Of a stretch of DNA of 64,000 bases, positions 54,228-63,977 are shown one piece after another; position 1 is the first letter of the stretch; each line of letters begins with the position of its first letter. This stretch comes from Alphaproteobacteria bacterium (lineage in GTDB: Bacteria > Pseudomonadota > Alphaproteobacteria > CAAHEQ01 > UBA3637). Under the pieces are notes generated by a model. The model saw only the letters and a program-made list of their open reading frames with translations, was not told the DNA's origin and searched no databases. The position numbers and the translations under genes are program-made. Where the stretch lies: the NCBI GenBank assembly GCA_045655105.1, contig JAZOOQ010000043.1, positions 3,204-67,203 on the forward strand, written 5' to 3'.

Positions 54228-55246
54228 TTTTAGGCATTGAAAGTAGCTGTGATGAAACAGCTTGTGCACTTGTGAATGACAAAAAGGAAATATTAGCCTC
54301 TATTGTTTGGTCACAATATGATGAGCACCGCAGATTTGGTGGTGTTGTTCCAGAAATTGCAGCAAGAGCTCATCTTGAAAAATGCGATTTATTAATTAAT
54401 GAGTTAATGCAAAAAGCGAATAAAACATTTAAAGATTTATCTGGCGTTGCCGTTGCTGGTGGCCCAGGATTAATTGGGGGAGTTTTAGTGGGTGTGATGA
54501 CGGCCAAAACCATTGCACTTTCCCATAATTTGCCTTTCATTGCCGTTAATCATTTAGAAGGCCATTCTTTAACCGCGCGGTTATCCCATCCAGTTCAATT
54601 TCCTTACCTTTTATTATTAACCTCAGGTGGGCATTGCCAAGTTTTAATTGTTGAAGAGGTTGGTAAATATAAAAAACTAGGTGGAACGATTGATGATTCA
54701 GCTGGAGAAGCTTTTGATAAAGTTGCCAAAATGCTTCAAATTGGATATCCTGGTGGCCCTAATGTTGAAAAACAAGCCAAAGAAGGAAATCCTAAGAAAT
54801 TTAAATTTCCAGTTCCAATGAAAGGTCGCGAAGGATGTGATTTTTCATTTTCTGGATTAAAAACAGCTGTTCGGGTTGCAATTGAAAAATTAGAAACGAT
54901 TACAGAGCAAGATAAAAAAGATATTTGCGCCTCTTTTCAAACAGCTGTTGTTAAACAAATGGAAGATCGTTTAACTCATGCGATTGAAATCTTTAAAAAG
55001 GAATATCCAACAGCAAAGGATATGGTTGTTGCAGGTGGTGTTGCAGCTAATTTAGCCGTTAGAGAAATGCTTCAAACCCTTGCAGATAAAAATAATCTTA
55101 TTTTTTCAGCACCACCGATTGGATTATGCACAGATAATGGGGTGATGATTGCGTGGGCTGGTATGGAACGCTTTTTGAAAGGGAAAACAGATTCTTTTGA
55201 CTTTAAGGCAAGACCTCGATGGCCATTAGACACAATGGATAATTAA
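54209..55246 (+). CDS. tsaD: tRNA N6-adenosine threonylcarbamoyltransferase TsaD
   Basis: 345-aa ORF with GIESSCDETA, HLEGH, LLTSGGHCQ and GLCTDNGVMIA motifs. Confidence 0.95.
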   Translation: MSTEKIILGIESSCDETACALVNDKKEILASIVWSQYDEHRRFGGVVPEIAARAHLEKCDLLINELMQKANKTFKDLSGVAVAGGPGLIGGVLVGVMTAKTIALSHNLPFIAVNHLEGHSLTARLSHPVQFPYLLLLTSGGHCQVLIVEEVGKYKKLGGTIDDSAGEAFDKVAKMLQIGYPGGPNVEKQAKEGNPKKFKFPVPMKGREGCDFSFSGLKTAVRVAIEKLETITEQDKKDICASFQTAVVKQMEDRLTHAIEIFKKEYPTAKDMVVAGGVAANLAVREMLQTLADKNNLIFSAPPIGLCTDNGVMIAWAGMERFLKGKTDSFDFKARPRWPLDTMDN

Positions 55247-55312
55247 TATTGACATTTATATCATATCCTTGCTATATATAAAATGCTTTCATAAATGGAG
55301 GAAGATATATTT

Positions 55313-56059
55313 ATGACAAAAGAAGAAAAATTATTAAGAAAGGCTATTGATACAAAGTCTCTCACAGAAATTAAAAAAGTTTTAGGTCAATCAACCAAAC
55401 CCATTTCAAAAGAGTTAGTTGTTCCTGTTTTAAGAAAATTAATTGGCAGATCAAATTTTGATTTTTCTGTTGTTGATTTATTAAAAAAACGCAATTGCGA
55501 TTTGAATCCAACACTTGAATCTGAATATCGTTTGGGCGATTATTTAGCTTATTTTGGGCGCCTCTCTCCCAGATTGATAACAGAAATGGGCAAAGCTGGT
55601 TATTCATTTGCAAGCAAAAACCAAAAAGGAGAACATGCAGGTTTTTATTTAATTGCATCTGCTCCTTTAAATAAAAAGGTTATTGCCTCACTAAAAGCTC
55701 AAGGTGTTGATTTTAATGAAAAAAATAAAAATGGGCAAACCGCTATGGATGTGATGGTTTCTGTAATCCAGCAATATACTGTTCAAGGGGAACAATCTTA
55801 TTCATCCAATTTAAAATATAACAGGTTTTCTGGGTTAATTGACACGCCTGAAGATTTAGAAAAGATTTTAACGAAGAAAAGCTCCGAATTAAAAGAAGTT
55901 CTTCAAACAATGATTGATAAAATCGAACCTAATTCATATGAAAATGTTGGGATTAATGATCTTGACAAAGATATGAGAAATAATATTTTAAATGTAAGAA
56001 AGATCAACTCAAATCCGCTCCCTATTTGTAAAAAACAACACATAAGGGAAGGGGAGTAA
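55313..56059 (+). CDS. Hypothetical protein with weak ankyrin-like repeats
   Basis: The ATG at 55313 follows GGAGGA; the ORF-track start is 55295. It contains degenerate ANK-like segments (LKAQGVDFNEKNKNGQTAMDVMV; LLKKRNCDLNP). Confidence 0.5.
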   Translation: MTKEEKLLRKAIDTKSLTEIKKVLGQSTKPISKELVVPVLRKLIGRSNFDFSVVDLLKKRNCDLNPTLESEYRLGDYLAYFGRLSPRLITEMGKAGYSFASKNQKGEHAGFYLIASAPLNKKVIASLKAQGVDFNEKNKNGQTAMDVMVSVIQQYTVQGEQSYSSNLKYNRFSGLIDTPEDLEKILTKKSSELKEVLQTMIDKIEPNSYENVGINDLDKDMRNNILNVRKINSNPLPICKKQHIREGE

Positions 56060-56088
56060 TTTATTCAACTTTAGGAAAGGAGATACTT

Positions 56089-56400
56089 ATGGAAATTATT
56101 AATGATGTAGAATTTAATTCAAAAGTAATAGAATCATCTAAACCTGTATTGGTGGATTTTTTTGCCACATGGTGTGGTCCATGCAGACAAATGCTTCCTA
56201 TTGTTAGCGAAATTTCTGAAGAAATGCCTGAAATTTGTGTTTACAAAATGGATGTTGATGAATCTCCGAATACACCTGAAGCTTTAGATATTCAAAGTTT
56301 GCCAACATTAATTTTATTTAAAGATGGAAAACCTGTTGCAAAAAAAACAGGCCCAATGTTGAAAGCAGAACTTATTTCTTGGATTAAAGAAAATATTTAA
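56089..56400 (+). CDS. trxA: Thioredoxin
   Basis: 103-aa ORF with the active site WCGPC and the typical VDFFATWCGPCRQ...PTLILFKDG pattern. Confidence 0.9.
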   Translation: MEIINDVEFNSKVIESSKPVLVDFFATWCGPCRQMLPIVSEISEEMPEICVYKMDVDESPNTPEALDIQSLPTLILFKDGKPVAKKTGPMLKAELISWIKENI

Positions 56401-56423
56401 TCTATCAAGAAAAAAATATTAAA

Positions 56424-56453
56424 AGCCATTATCTTTATGATAGTGGCTTTTTT
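56424..56453 (+). terminator. Intrinsic terminator after trxA
   Basis: GCCATTATC-TTTAT-GATAGTGGC followed by T6. Confidence 0.7.
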
Positions 56454-56621
56454 AATAGAAGCCTCAGAGAAAACTCTTTATTAGATAGATGCATGACAAA
56501 AAATAACTTTTATTAGAAACAAATTCTTATCTGGTTTTGCTATTTCCTAAGCTGGTTGAGAGAAAATATTATTTCTAATTTATTGACGATTACCTTAATG
56601 GGCGTATAAGGATTTTTATAA

Positions 56622-56810
56622 AGATATGATCGTAGTTTAAATCGAAAGCTGCAAACAATTTGCCTGAAAATCGCTCTAATTTTTCCCTTAAAATGGCCTA
56701 AAAAGCCCGAAAATCAAGGAAAAAAGAGCTATTTTGATGATTTTTTGAATCGATTTTAAAGCCCGTCAGCTTAAAAAAACGTCTATTTATTACGTTCATT
56801 TGTCTGAAAT
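56622..56810. repeat. Direct repeat, copy 1 (includes a relic of the MBL-hydrolase gene 3' end)
   Basis: Aligns with 57338-57525. The 79-bp core at 56657-56735 is identical to 57373-57451. The repeat ends with TCATTTGTCTGAAAT, against TCATTTGCTTGAAAT at the true gene end. Confidence 0.8.
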
Positions 56811-57337
56811 AGCCTCTCTCATTTTAAGATGGATCCTAAAAAGGGAGTTGCATGGGTTAATTTTTTTCTTTTATCCGTTATTCCAGAGATATATCAATTA
56901 AAATATTTTTACCGGATAGCCACGCACAAATACTATGCGTATATAAAGATAAGAATAACTAATAATATTTATTTTTTAACAAACACAGATATTTGTTACA
57001 ACCTAGAAAATCTTTAAGCTGTAATCCTTAAAAAACTTATTATTTGAACTGCCCACCTCTCATAATATATTTGTCGCATAATTTATATTATGTATAAAAC
57101 AAAGGGTGAAAGAGTAGGAATATCAAGAGTATTTAAACTTTAAGTATTTAATTTCAATAACATTATAAAGAAAAAAAGGAAAAAACCATGAATATAATTA
57201 ATAACATCTATTTAATAAGATTTTGTTTGAAAATTAAGATTTTTAATAACCAATCCAAGTATTCCATATATCTCAATCTCAGAAAAACATTCAGACTATT
57301 CTTCTCTTTAAGGTCTTTTATTGATATAAAATATCAA

Positions 57338-57525
57338 GGATATGGCCGTAGTTTAAGTCGAAATCAAATAAGAATTTGCCTGAAAATCGCTCTAATTTTT
57401 CCCTTAAAATGGCCTAAAAAGCCCGAAAATCAAGGAAAAAAGAGCTATTTTTGATGATTTTTGAAGCGTTTTTCAGCCCTTTTAACCTTAACAAACGTCT
57501 ATTTATATGATCATTTGCTTGAAAT
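57338..57525. repeat. Direct repeat, copy 2 (overlaps the stop and last codons of the MBL-hydrolase gene)
   Basis: See copy 1. This copy covers the 3' flank plus the last ~5 codons of the 57511-58290 gene. Confidence 0.8.
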
Positions 57526-58290
57526 TTCAATTTCCATACCATCAAAGCATGGTTTAATATTTTCTGGCAAGATACAACATAAGTGTCTATAATCCATCTT
57601 TTGGCCCATATGCGTTAAAAAGGCATTTTCTGGAGCAATTTCGTTTATCAGTTCTAAAGCTTCATTCAAATAAATATGTTTTTGTGCACCTTTAAAATTT
57701 TCCGGCTTTTCCAAACTTACAACGCCTAAAATCCATGTTTTGATGCCTTTTAACAAGTCTAAACCCTTGGGTTCCATGGAGCATAAATCTGTGGAATATG
57801 CTAACTCATCAATTCGATATCCCATTGACTGTTGTATGCCATGATATTGCAAAATAGGTATAATTGTTGTTTTCCCAATTTGAAATGGGCAGTATGGTTC
57901 AATTAAATGGATTTCAAAAGGTGAATTATCAGCCCTAAATAAATAATGCAAATGGGCTTTTATCTCTTCATAATCTCTTTTTGTCAAATAAATTGGCAAT
58001 TTTTCTTTTCTATCCATCAAAAAACCCGCTAAATCATTAGCTCCCCCCATGTGATCATAATGGCTATGTGTATATAAGACAGCATCAATTTTGGGGTTTT
58101 CGGCTTTAATGAGCTGTAAGCGAACTTCTGGAGATGTATCAATTAAAATATTTTCACCATTATTTGTTGTGACCAATGCTGAGGTTCTTGAACGCGTATT
58201 CTTTGGTTCTAATGGATCACACTCACCAAATCCTCTGGATAAAGAAGGAACACCATGAGAAGGGCCACACCCTAAAATTTTTACTTTCAT
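57511..58290 (-). CDS. MBL-fold metallo-hydrolase (PhnP-like)
   Basis: 259-aa ORF with the HSHYDHMGG (HxHxDH) motif. It sits in the conserved position downstream of tatD. Confidence 0.8.
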   Translation of the reverse strand: MKVKILGCGPSHGVPSLSRGFGECDPLEPKNTRSRTSALVTTNNGENILIDTSPEVRLQLIKAENPKIDAVLYTHSHYDHMGGANDLAGFLMDRKEKLPIYLTKRDYEEIKAHLHYLFRADNSPFEIHLIEPYCPFQIGKTTIIPILQYHGIQQSMGYRIDELAYSTDLCSMEPKGLDLLKGIKTWILGVVSLEKPENFKGAQKHIYLNEALELINEIAPENAFLTHMGQKMDYRHLCCILPENIKPCFDGMEIEISSK

Positions 58291-59057
58291 GCCCCCTTCC
58301 CTCCAAATAAATCAAAAAAGTTTTTTGTTGTTTGTTCTTCAACCAATTCTATTGCTTCCTCTCTTATATTTGCCAAGCATTCCAATGTTTTTGCAACAAA
58401 GGCAGGTTCATTTTGTTTTCCCCTGAATGGAACAGGTGCCAAATATGGTGCATCTGTTTCAATTAAAAGGCGATCTAATGGTATTTTTTTTGCAATTTCA
58501 CGCAAATCAGATGCATTTTTAAACGTTATGATACCAGAAAAAGAAATATAAAATCCCAAATCCAACGCTGTTTTAGCTAAATCATATGAGCCACAAAAAC
58601 AATGCATTACCCCTGATTTTTTTAATAAATTATTTTGATAAGCATTTGATAAAATTGCTTTTGTTTCTTCATCTGCAGCTCTTGTATGAATAATCAAAGG
58701 TTTTTGAATTTCAGAAGCCAATTCTATATGTTTTTCAAATACTTCTATTTGCAAATCCTTTGTTTCTGGATTATAAAAATAATCTAACCCCGTCTCTCCA
58801 ACAGCTGAAATAAAAGGATATTTTTCAAAAATATCTTTTACTTTTTTATAATCAAATTTTAAAGCATTTTCTGGATGAATTCCAAAAGCCGTGTAAACAG
58901 ATGGATATTGAGCCATATGGCATAAATCATCTATTTGATCATAATCACAAGCAACCGTTAATAAATGAGAAACACCCACTTCATGTGCGCGCTTTAAATA
59001 ACCCTCTATATCCGTTTTAAAATCCTCAATTCCTAAATGACAATGGCTATCTATCAT
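58287..59057 (-). CDS. tatD: TatD-family metal-dependent hydrolase
   Basis: 256-aa ORF with IDSHCHL, GETGLDY, HTR, HCF and ETDAPYL motifs. Confidence 0.9.
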   Translation of the reverse strand: MIDSHCHLGIEDFKTDIEGYLKRAHEVGVSHLLTVACDYDQIDDLCHMAQYPSVYTAFGIHPENALKFDYKKVKDIFEKYPFISAVGETGLDYFYNPETKDLQIEVFEKHIELASEIQKPLIIHTRAADEETKAILSNAYQNNLLKKSGVMHCFCGSYDLAKTALDLGFYISFSGIITFKNASDLREIAKKIPLDRLLIETDAPYLAPVPFRGKQNEPAFVAKTLECLANIREEAIELVEEQTTKNFFDLFGGKGA

Positions 59058-60007
59058 GACAACACCTCTGAAATACTTAAAATACTATTCATAATTGTTT
59101 GGCGTCTATCAAGATAAATGGTTGAAACATTTGAAAAAAGAGTGATTGTGTTTTCATATATACCCATTAAGGTTTCGCTTAACTCTTTGTTTACATCATA
59201 TTCTTCTTTAATTTTTTGAGTTAGCCAATTTAACAAAAAGGTTTGGAAAAGAAAATAAATATTTTCATCTTTATATACAAGATCTGCAAAATCATTTAAA
59301 GCTTGAATATCAACGCGATGCACAGGAACAAAAAAAGAAGTCATTTTTTGATAGATTTTTAAACCATCATTTTCATGAATTTTAATAGCCATGCCAATAG
59401 ACCCATCAGATAATTCGGCTAATAAATCCAGATGAGGATCCCCAGGGAATTTTTCATTTAATTTGGCCATCATTTTATCAAAAGATAATTTAGGAATCTT
59501 AATTTTTCGACATCTTGAAGCAATTGTTGGCAACAACTTTCCTGTATTTTGGCAAAGCAATAAAATAATGCTTCTAGGAAAAGGTTCTTCCAGCATTTTT
59601 AATAACGCATTCGCCGCATTCGTATTCATATCTTCTGCTAAAGAAATAACCAAAACGCGATATTCATTTTCGCTTGATTTTAAAGAAAGAAATTTAATCC
59701 CTTCTCTAATATCATCCACGGTAATTTCCTTTTTTTTGGCCATTGTTTTAGCATTTGATTCAACTTCTTTGCCTGCCAAAATCATTTTTTGAATTTCTTT
59801 TTTAGCTTCCTCTGTTAAATCACATTCAATCCATTTGACATTTGGATTAAAACTTTGGCTTTCATTCCAATTTCCAGTGGTTAAAAAAGAGCATAAAGAT
59901 CTTGCAAATGTTTTTTTCCCCACACCAAAAGGGCCTGTAATAAGCCAAGATCCACTAATTTTTGAGTTTTTTAAGGCTGAACTAATTTGCTCTTGCGCCG
60001 TTTGCAT
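59054..60007 (-). CDS. holB: DNA polymerase III subunit delta'
   Basis: 317-aa ORF with the AAA+ pattern GPFGVGKKTFA and NALLKMLEEP, SRC-like TIASRC. It follows tmk as in many bacteria. Confidence 0.8.
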   Translation of the reverse strand: MQTAQEQISSALKNSKISGSWLITGPFGVGKKTFARSLCSFLTTGNWNESQSFNPNVKWIECDLTEEAKKEIQKMILAGKEVESNAKTMAKKKEITVDDIREGIKFLSLKSSENEYRVLVISLAEDMNTNAANALLKMLEEPFPRSIILLLCQNTGKLLPTIASRCRKIKIPKLSFDKMMAKLNEKFPGDPHLDLLAELSDGSIGMAIKIHENDGLKIYQKMTSFFVPVHRVDIQALNDFADLVYKDENIYFLFQTFLLNWLTQKIKEEYDVNKELSETLMGIYENTITLFSNVSTIYLDRRQTIMNSILSISEVLS

Positions 60008-60641
60008 CCAATCGTTCCTCTAATTTCTTAATAATCTCTAAATGAATTTCTTCAATAGATTGATCCGCATTAATAACAATAAATCGTTCAGGTTCCTTTT
60101 CTGCCAATGTTAAAAAAGCTTTTTGAATATTTTGATGAAAAGATAAATCCATTAATTCAAAGCGCTGTTCATCATTTCCCAAACGGTTCTTGCTTCTTAA
60201 AATGCCCTTTTCAGGATCAATATTTAACACTATTGTTAAATCTGGTTTAAACCCATCAGAAATAAATTGATATAACATAGAAATATCTTGTTCAATAGCT
60301 TTATCATAGCCATATCCAAAACATTGATATGCCACTGTGCTATCATGAAAACGATCCGAAAGAACAATTTTTCCACTTTCTAATTCTGGCCAAACCTTTT
60401 TAACCAAATGATCTCTTCTGGCTGCTAAAAAGAGCAAGATTTCTGTTTTTTTATCCCAACGATCTGTTCCGCCTTTTAAAAGAAGATTTCTAATTTCTTC
60501 GCCACCTTCTGATCCGCCGGGTTCGCGCGTTAAAACAATTTGCTTTCCTTGTTTTTCAAAATATTCTTTTAATAACTTAATTTGCGTTGATTTACCAGAA
60601 CCTTCGCCACCTTCAAATGTTATAAAAATACCCTTATCCAT
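59982..60641 (-). CDS. tmk: dTMP kinase
   Basis: MDKGIFITFEGGEGSGKSTQ (P-loop) and DRF/DRY-like SDRFHDST motifs. The start could instead be the upstream ATG at 60653. Confidence 0.9.
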   Translation of the reverse strand: MDKGIFITFEGGEGSGKSTQIKLLKEYFEKQGKQIVLTREPGGSEGGEEIRNLLLKGGTDRWDKKTEILLFLAARRDHLVKKVWPELESGKIVLSDRFHDSTVAYQCFGYGYDKAIEQDISMLYQFISDGFKPDLTIVLNIDPEKGILRSKNRLGNDEQRFELMDLSFHQNIQKAFLTLAEKEPERFIVINADQSIEEIHLEIIKKLEERLDANGARAN

Positions 60642-60643
60642 TT

Positions 60644-61768
60644 TTAAAACCATGATAAAATAATTTGTTTTACGCGTTTGAAATATCCCGCTTTTTCAAT
60701 ATCTTTTGTTGCTAATAAATTCACTTTAGTATTGATATTTTCGTCTTTAATCACTAAATGAGCCAACACATCACCTTTTTTAATTGGCGCTGTAACAGGA
60801 GTATCATAAACAATTGAAACTTTTGGTTCTTTTTTAGAACGTGGCAAAGTAACTTTAACTTCTTTGTCTGTGATCACTTCAACAAAATCTTCTGCTCCTA
60901 GCCAAACAGGGATTTTTTCAACTATTTTATCTTTTGAAATTAATGTAATCACTTTAAATCCAGCCATACCATAAGTTGCAAGTTTTGAAGATTCTTCATC
61001 ACGTTCTTTGATTGTTTTTAAGCCATTTACAACAAGAATTAACCGACGTCCATCTGTTGTTTTTAAAGCGCCGGTTAATCCATAGCCTGATTCAATTGTG
61101 TGGCCTGTTTTTAATCCATCTGCGCCCCCTACACGATATAAAAGAGGGTTTCTATTATCTTGTCTAATCCCATTATGCGTAAATTCTTTTTCTGAAAAAA
61201 TAGAATAATATTCAGGGAATTTTTGAATCAATACTTGAGCCAATTTAGCTAAATCAGCTGCCGTCATGCGATGATTTGGATTGGGTAACCCAGTTGCATT
61301 TTTAAAGGTTGATCCTGTCAAACCAATTTCTTTTGCCTTTTCATTTAAAATTTCAGCAAAAGCGCTTTCAGATCCTGCAAAATTTTCAGCAACAGTGATG
61401 CAAGCATCATTTCCAGACTGGATAATAATACCTCTTAATAAATCTTTAATCTTAACCTTTTCGCCAGGGTTTAAAAACATTGTTGATCCCCCGCTTGTGG
61501 CCCCACCTGTGCGCCAAGCATTTTCAGAAACAACAAATTCATCGTCCATAGACAATCTTCCCTCTTTCAAAGCTTCAAAAACAACATATACCGTCATCAA
61601 TTTACTCATTGAGGCTGGTGGCATAGGCTTATCGGCTTCTTTTTCAAATAAAATGGAACCCGTATCGCCATCTAATAACAAAGCATTTGTTGCTTTTGTT
61701 TCAAAAGCGTGAGCTGAAACAGAAAATAAAAGTGCACTCATCAAAGGGAAAATTAAGATTTTTTTCAT
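60644..61768 (-). CDS. D-alanyl-D-alanine carboxypeptidase (PBP5/6-type, S11)
   Basis: 374-aa ORF with a signal peptide and the SxxK (SMSKLMT), SGN (QSGND) and KTG (LKTGHT) motifs. Confidence 0.85.
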   Translation of the reverse strand: MKKILIFPLMSALLFSVSAHAFETKATNALLLDGDTGSILFEKEADKPMPPASMSKLMTVYVVFEALKEGRLSMDDEFVVSENAWRTGGATSGGSTMFLNPGEKVKIKDLLRGIIIQSGNDACITVAENFAGSESAFAEILNEKAKEIGLTGSTFKNATGLPNPNHRMTAADLAKLAQVLIQKFPEYYSIFSEKEFTHNGIRQDNRNPLLYRVGGADGLKTGHTIESGYGLTGALKTTDGRRLILVVNGLKTIKERDEESSKLATYGMAGFKVITLISKDKIVEKIPVWLGAEDFVEVITDKEVKVTLPRSKKEPKVSIVYDTPVTAPIKKGDVLAHLVIKDENINTKVNLLATKDIEKAGYFKRVKQIILSWF

Positions 61769-61782
61769 TTATTACCTCATTA

Positions 61783-62646
61783 TTATTTGCTCATTATTCT
61801 GGCATCAGAATAACCTGATGACTTTAGTTTGTCAAGACTGATTAATGCCTCTTTTTTCGTTTTTAATCCACCAATTTGAACGCAATTTAAAATCATCCCA
61901 TTCACATTCTTTTGAATAATAAAAGCACGATATTCTTTTAAAGCATTTTGAAGCATAAGGGCCCTGTTTTCCTCTCGAAAAGCCCCTATTTGAATCACAT
62001 ATCCAAAACTTTTTTCATGTTGTTTATTACTATAGATAATATCATCTTCTTTTGGCATTGTTTCTTTTATTGTTACTGAAGAAGTTGCTTGCCAAGGGCT
62101 TAAAATAATTTTGCTATTTGCCATAGCATCTTTAGCTTCTTTTTGAAGCAATTCTTGTTTTAAATTTTGGCTTTCAATGGCCATAATTTCCACCAAAACT
62201 TTTGTTGAGCCATCTTTATTTAGTTTTAAAACATCAGCAGCTTCCTTTGAAACATCTATGATCCTATTTTTAACCATTGGCCCACGTTCATTAATACGAA
62301 CAATAACAGCTTCATTATTCTCAAGGTTGGTTACTTTAACAAGAGAGGGTAACGGCAAAGTGCGGTGCATCCCAGAAAACACCTCTTTTTTATATGTTTC
62401 ACCATTTTGCGTTACGGGATGATTTTTATCATATTCAAACCAACCGGCATATCCTTCTTCAATATAGGTATAATCTTCAGCTGGTGTAAACATTTCTCCT
62501 TGAATTTCATAACTTTCACCAAGCATATAAATATTATTTTCATCCTGAGGCAAATATTGCCCATTTGAACGCACCAATAATCCATTATCAGTGCATGAAC
62601 ATAAAAACAATGGTAATATTAAAAAAAACGATTGGCGAAGTTTCAT
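61783..62646 (-). CDS. rlpA: Septal ring lytic transglycosylase RlpA-family protein with a C-terminal SPOR domain
   Basis: 287-aa ORF with lipobox LFLCSCT, the DPBB pattern HRTLPLPSLVKVTNLENNEAVIVRINERGP, and the SPOR-like YVIQIGAFREENRA... Confidence 0.85.
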   Translation of the reverse strand: MKLRQSFFLILPLFLCSCTDNGLLVRSNGQYLPQDENNIYMLGESYEIQGEMFTPAEDYTYIEEGYAGWFEYDKNHPVTQNGETYKKEVFSGMHRTLPLPSLVKVTNLENNEAVIVRINERGPMVKNRIIDVSKEAADVLKLNKDGSTKVLVEIMAIESQNLKQELLQKEAKDAMANSKIILSPWQATSSVTIKETMPKEDDIIYSNKQHEKSFGYVIQIGAFREENRALMLQNALKEYRAFIIQKNVNGMILNCVQIGGLKTKKEALISLDKLKSSGYSDARIMSK

Positions 62647-62647
62647 T

Positions 62648-63877
62648 TTATTTCTCTTTCGTTAATTTTTTGATGAGTTGAACAGAAGGATACCCATCTT
62701 GGGGTAATCCTTTTCTTTTTTGATAAATTTGAATGCTTTTTCTTGTATCTTTCCCTAAAATTCCATCTGCTTTGCCTTCATAAAGGCCTTTTTGAGATAA
62801 CAAAACTTGAATTCTTTCAATATCTTTGATTGAAATTTTTTCATTTTTATGTTTTGCATAAAGTTTAAAATTTTTATCTTGCAACATATCCGATAACAAT
62901 CCAACAGATAATGCATATAAAACAGAGTTATTCCATCTTAAAATCCTGTCAAAATTCGAATAAACCAAAAACTTTGGCCCATTATAGCCCATCGGCATAA
63001 TTAACTTTGCCTCAAAATCTTTTTCTTTTTCTGAAATAGATAAAACAGGTTTAATCCCTAATTTACCCCATTCAGAAACCTTTCTAGTTGAATGTTTTGA
63101 AATTTTATTCCAATCCACTTTTTTTTGAAAGGAAACCTCCCTTCCCCATGGCTCTTCTTGTTTCCATCCCATCTTGCTTAAATAATTTGCTGCAGAAGAA
63201 AACGCATCTGGCAAAGAATTAATCACATCTTTTTTACCATCTCCATCGGCATCAACCGCATAAGCCGCATAAGTTGTTGGCATAAATTGAAAATTACCAA
63301 ATGCACCTGCCCAAGATCCATAAAATTTTGTTGTTTCGCCTTGATCCATTAATTTTAAAAGCGTTATAAACTCTCTTGTAAAAAAAGAACGGCGGCGCTT
63401 ATCAAATGATAGCGTTGCCAAAGCATCAAAAGTTTTAATATTCCCTTTAAAAAGGCCATAGTTCGTTTCAAGCCCCCAAAAAGCAACCAAATAAGAAGAT
63501 GGAACTTTATACTTTTCTTCCATTGATTTTAGAAATGCTTGATTTTGCTTTAAAATTTCGCGTCCTTTTTTAATTCGCGATTCGGATAAAGTTCTTGTTG
63601 TATAGTCCCAAAAAGAAAGCAAAAACTCTGATTGTTTTTTATCAGAATCTAACACATTTTTAAGCAACTTTACTTCAGATAACACCTTGTTTAAATTGGA
63701 TTTTCTTACACCCTGACTCAAAGCAGTTTCTTTAAAATCTTTCTTCCACTTTTCAAAATCTTGACGCATATCAGCATTCAATGAGTCAGCTGCAAAAATA
63801 CAAGGCGATGCAAAAAAAATATTTAAAAACACACAAGTTGTTGAAATAATTGTTAAAAATTTGTTTTTTTGTTTCAT
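62648..63877 (-). CDS. Lytic murein transglycosylase (MltB/Slt35-like) with a C-terminal peptidoglycan-binding domain
   Basis: 409-aa ORF with a signal peptide, WGLETNYG and GAFGNFQFMPTTY motifs, and the PG_binding_1-like LYEGKADGILGKDTRKSIQIYQKRKGLPQDGYPS. Confidence 0.85.
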   Translation of the reverse strand: MKQKNKFLTIISTTCVFLNIFFASPCIFAADSLNADMRQDFEKWKKDFKETALSQGVRKSNLNKVLSEVKLLKNVLDSDKKQSEFLLSFWDYTTRTLSESRIKKGREILKQNQAFLKSMEEKYKVPSSYLVAFWGLETNYGLFKGNIKTFDALATLSFDKRRRSFFTREFITLLKLMDQGETTKFYGSWAGAFGNFQFMPTTYAAYAVDADGDGKKDVINSLPDAFSSAANYLSKMGWKQEEPWGREVSFQKKVDWNKISKHSTRKVSEWGKLGIKPVLSISEKEKDFEAKLIMPMGYNGPKFLVYSNFDRILRWNNSVLYALSVGLLSDMLQDKNFKLYAKHKNEKISIKDIERIQVLLSQKGLYEGKADGILGKDTRKSIQIYQKRKGLPQDGYPSVQLIKKLTKEK

Positions 63878-63977
63878 ATTTAGCCCTTTTTTCTGCTTTT
63901 TTTTATAATATAATACATTTTTTTAAAAAAAGCACTTGATTTTTTATTTTTTTCGTGTATAGTTAAATTTATCGACT

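Noticed and set aside
56829-57454. ORFs 56829-57017 and 57188-57454 between and within the 188-bp direct repeats.
   Set aside because: They have no RBS and an Ile/Asn/Lys/Phe-rich composition typical of random AT-rich frames. The second one runs into the repeat. I treat the region as non-coding.
56622-57525. CRISPR array or other multi-copy tandem repeat.
   Set aside because: There are only two copies of a long (188-bp) repeat separated by ~530 bp. No short regular repeat-spacer periodicity appears anywhere in the window, and there are no cas genes.
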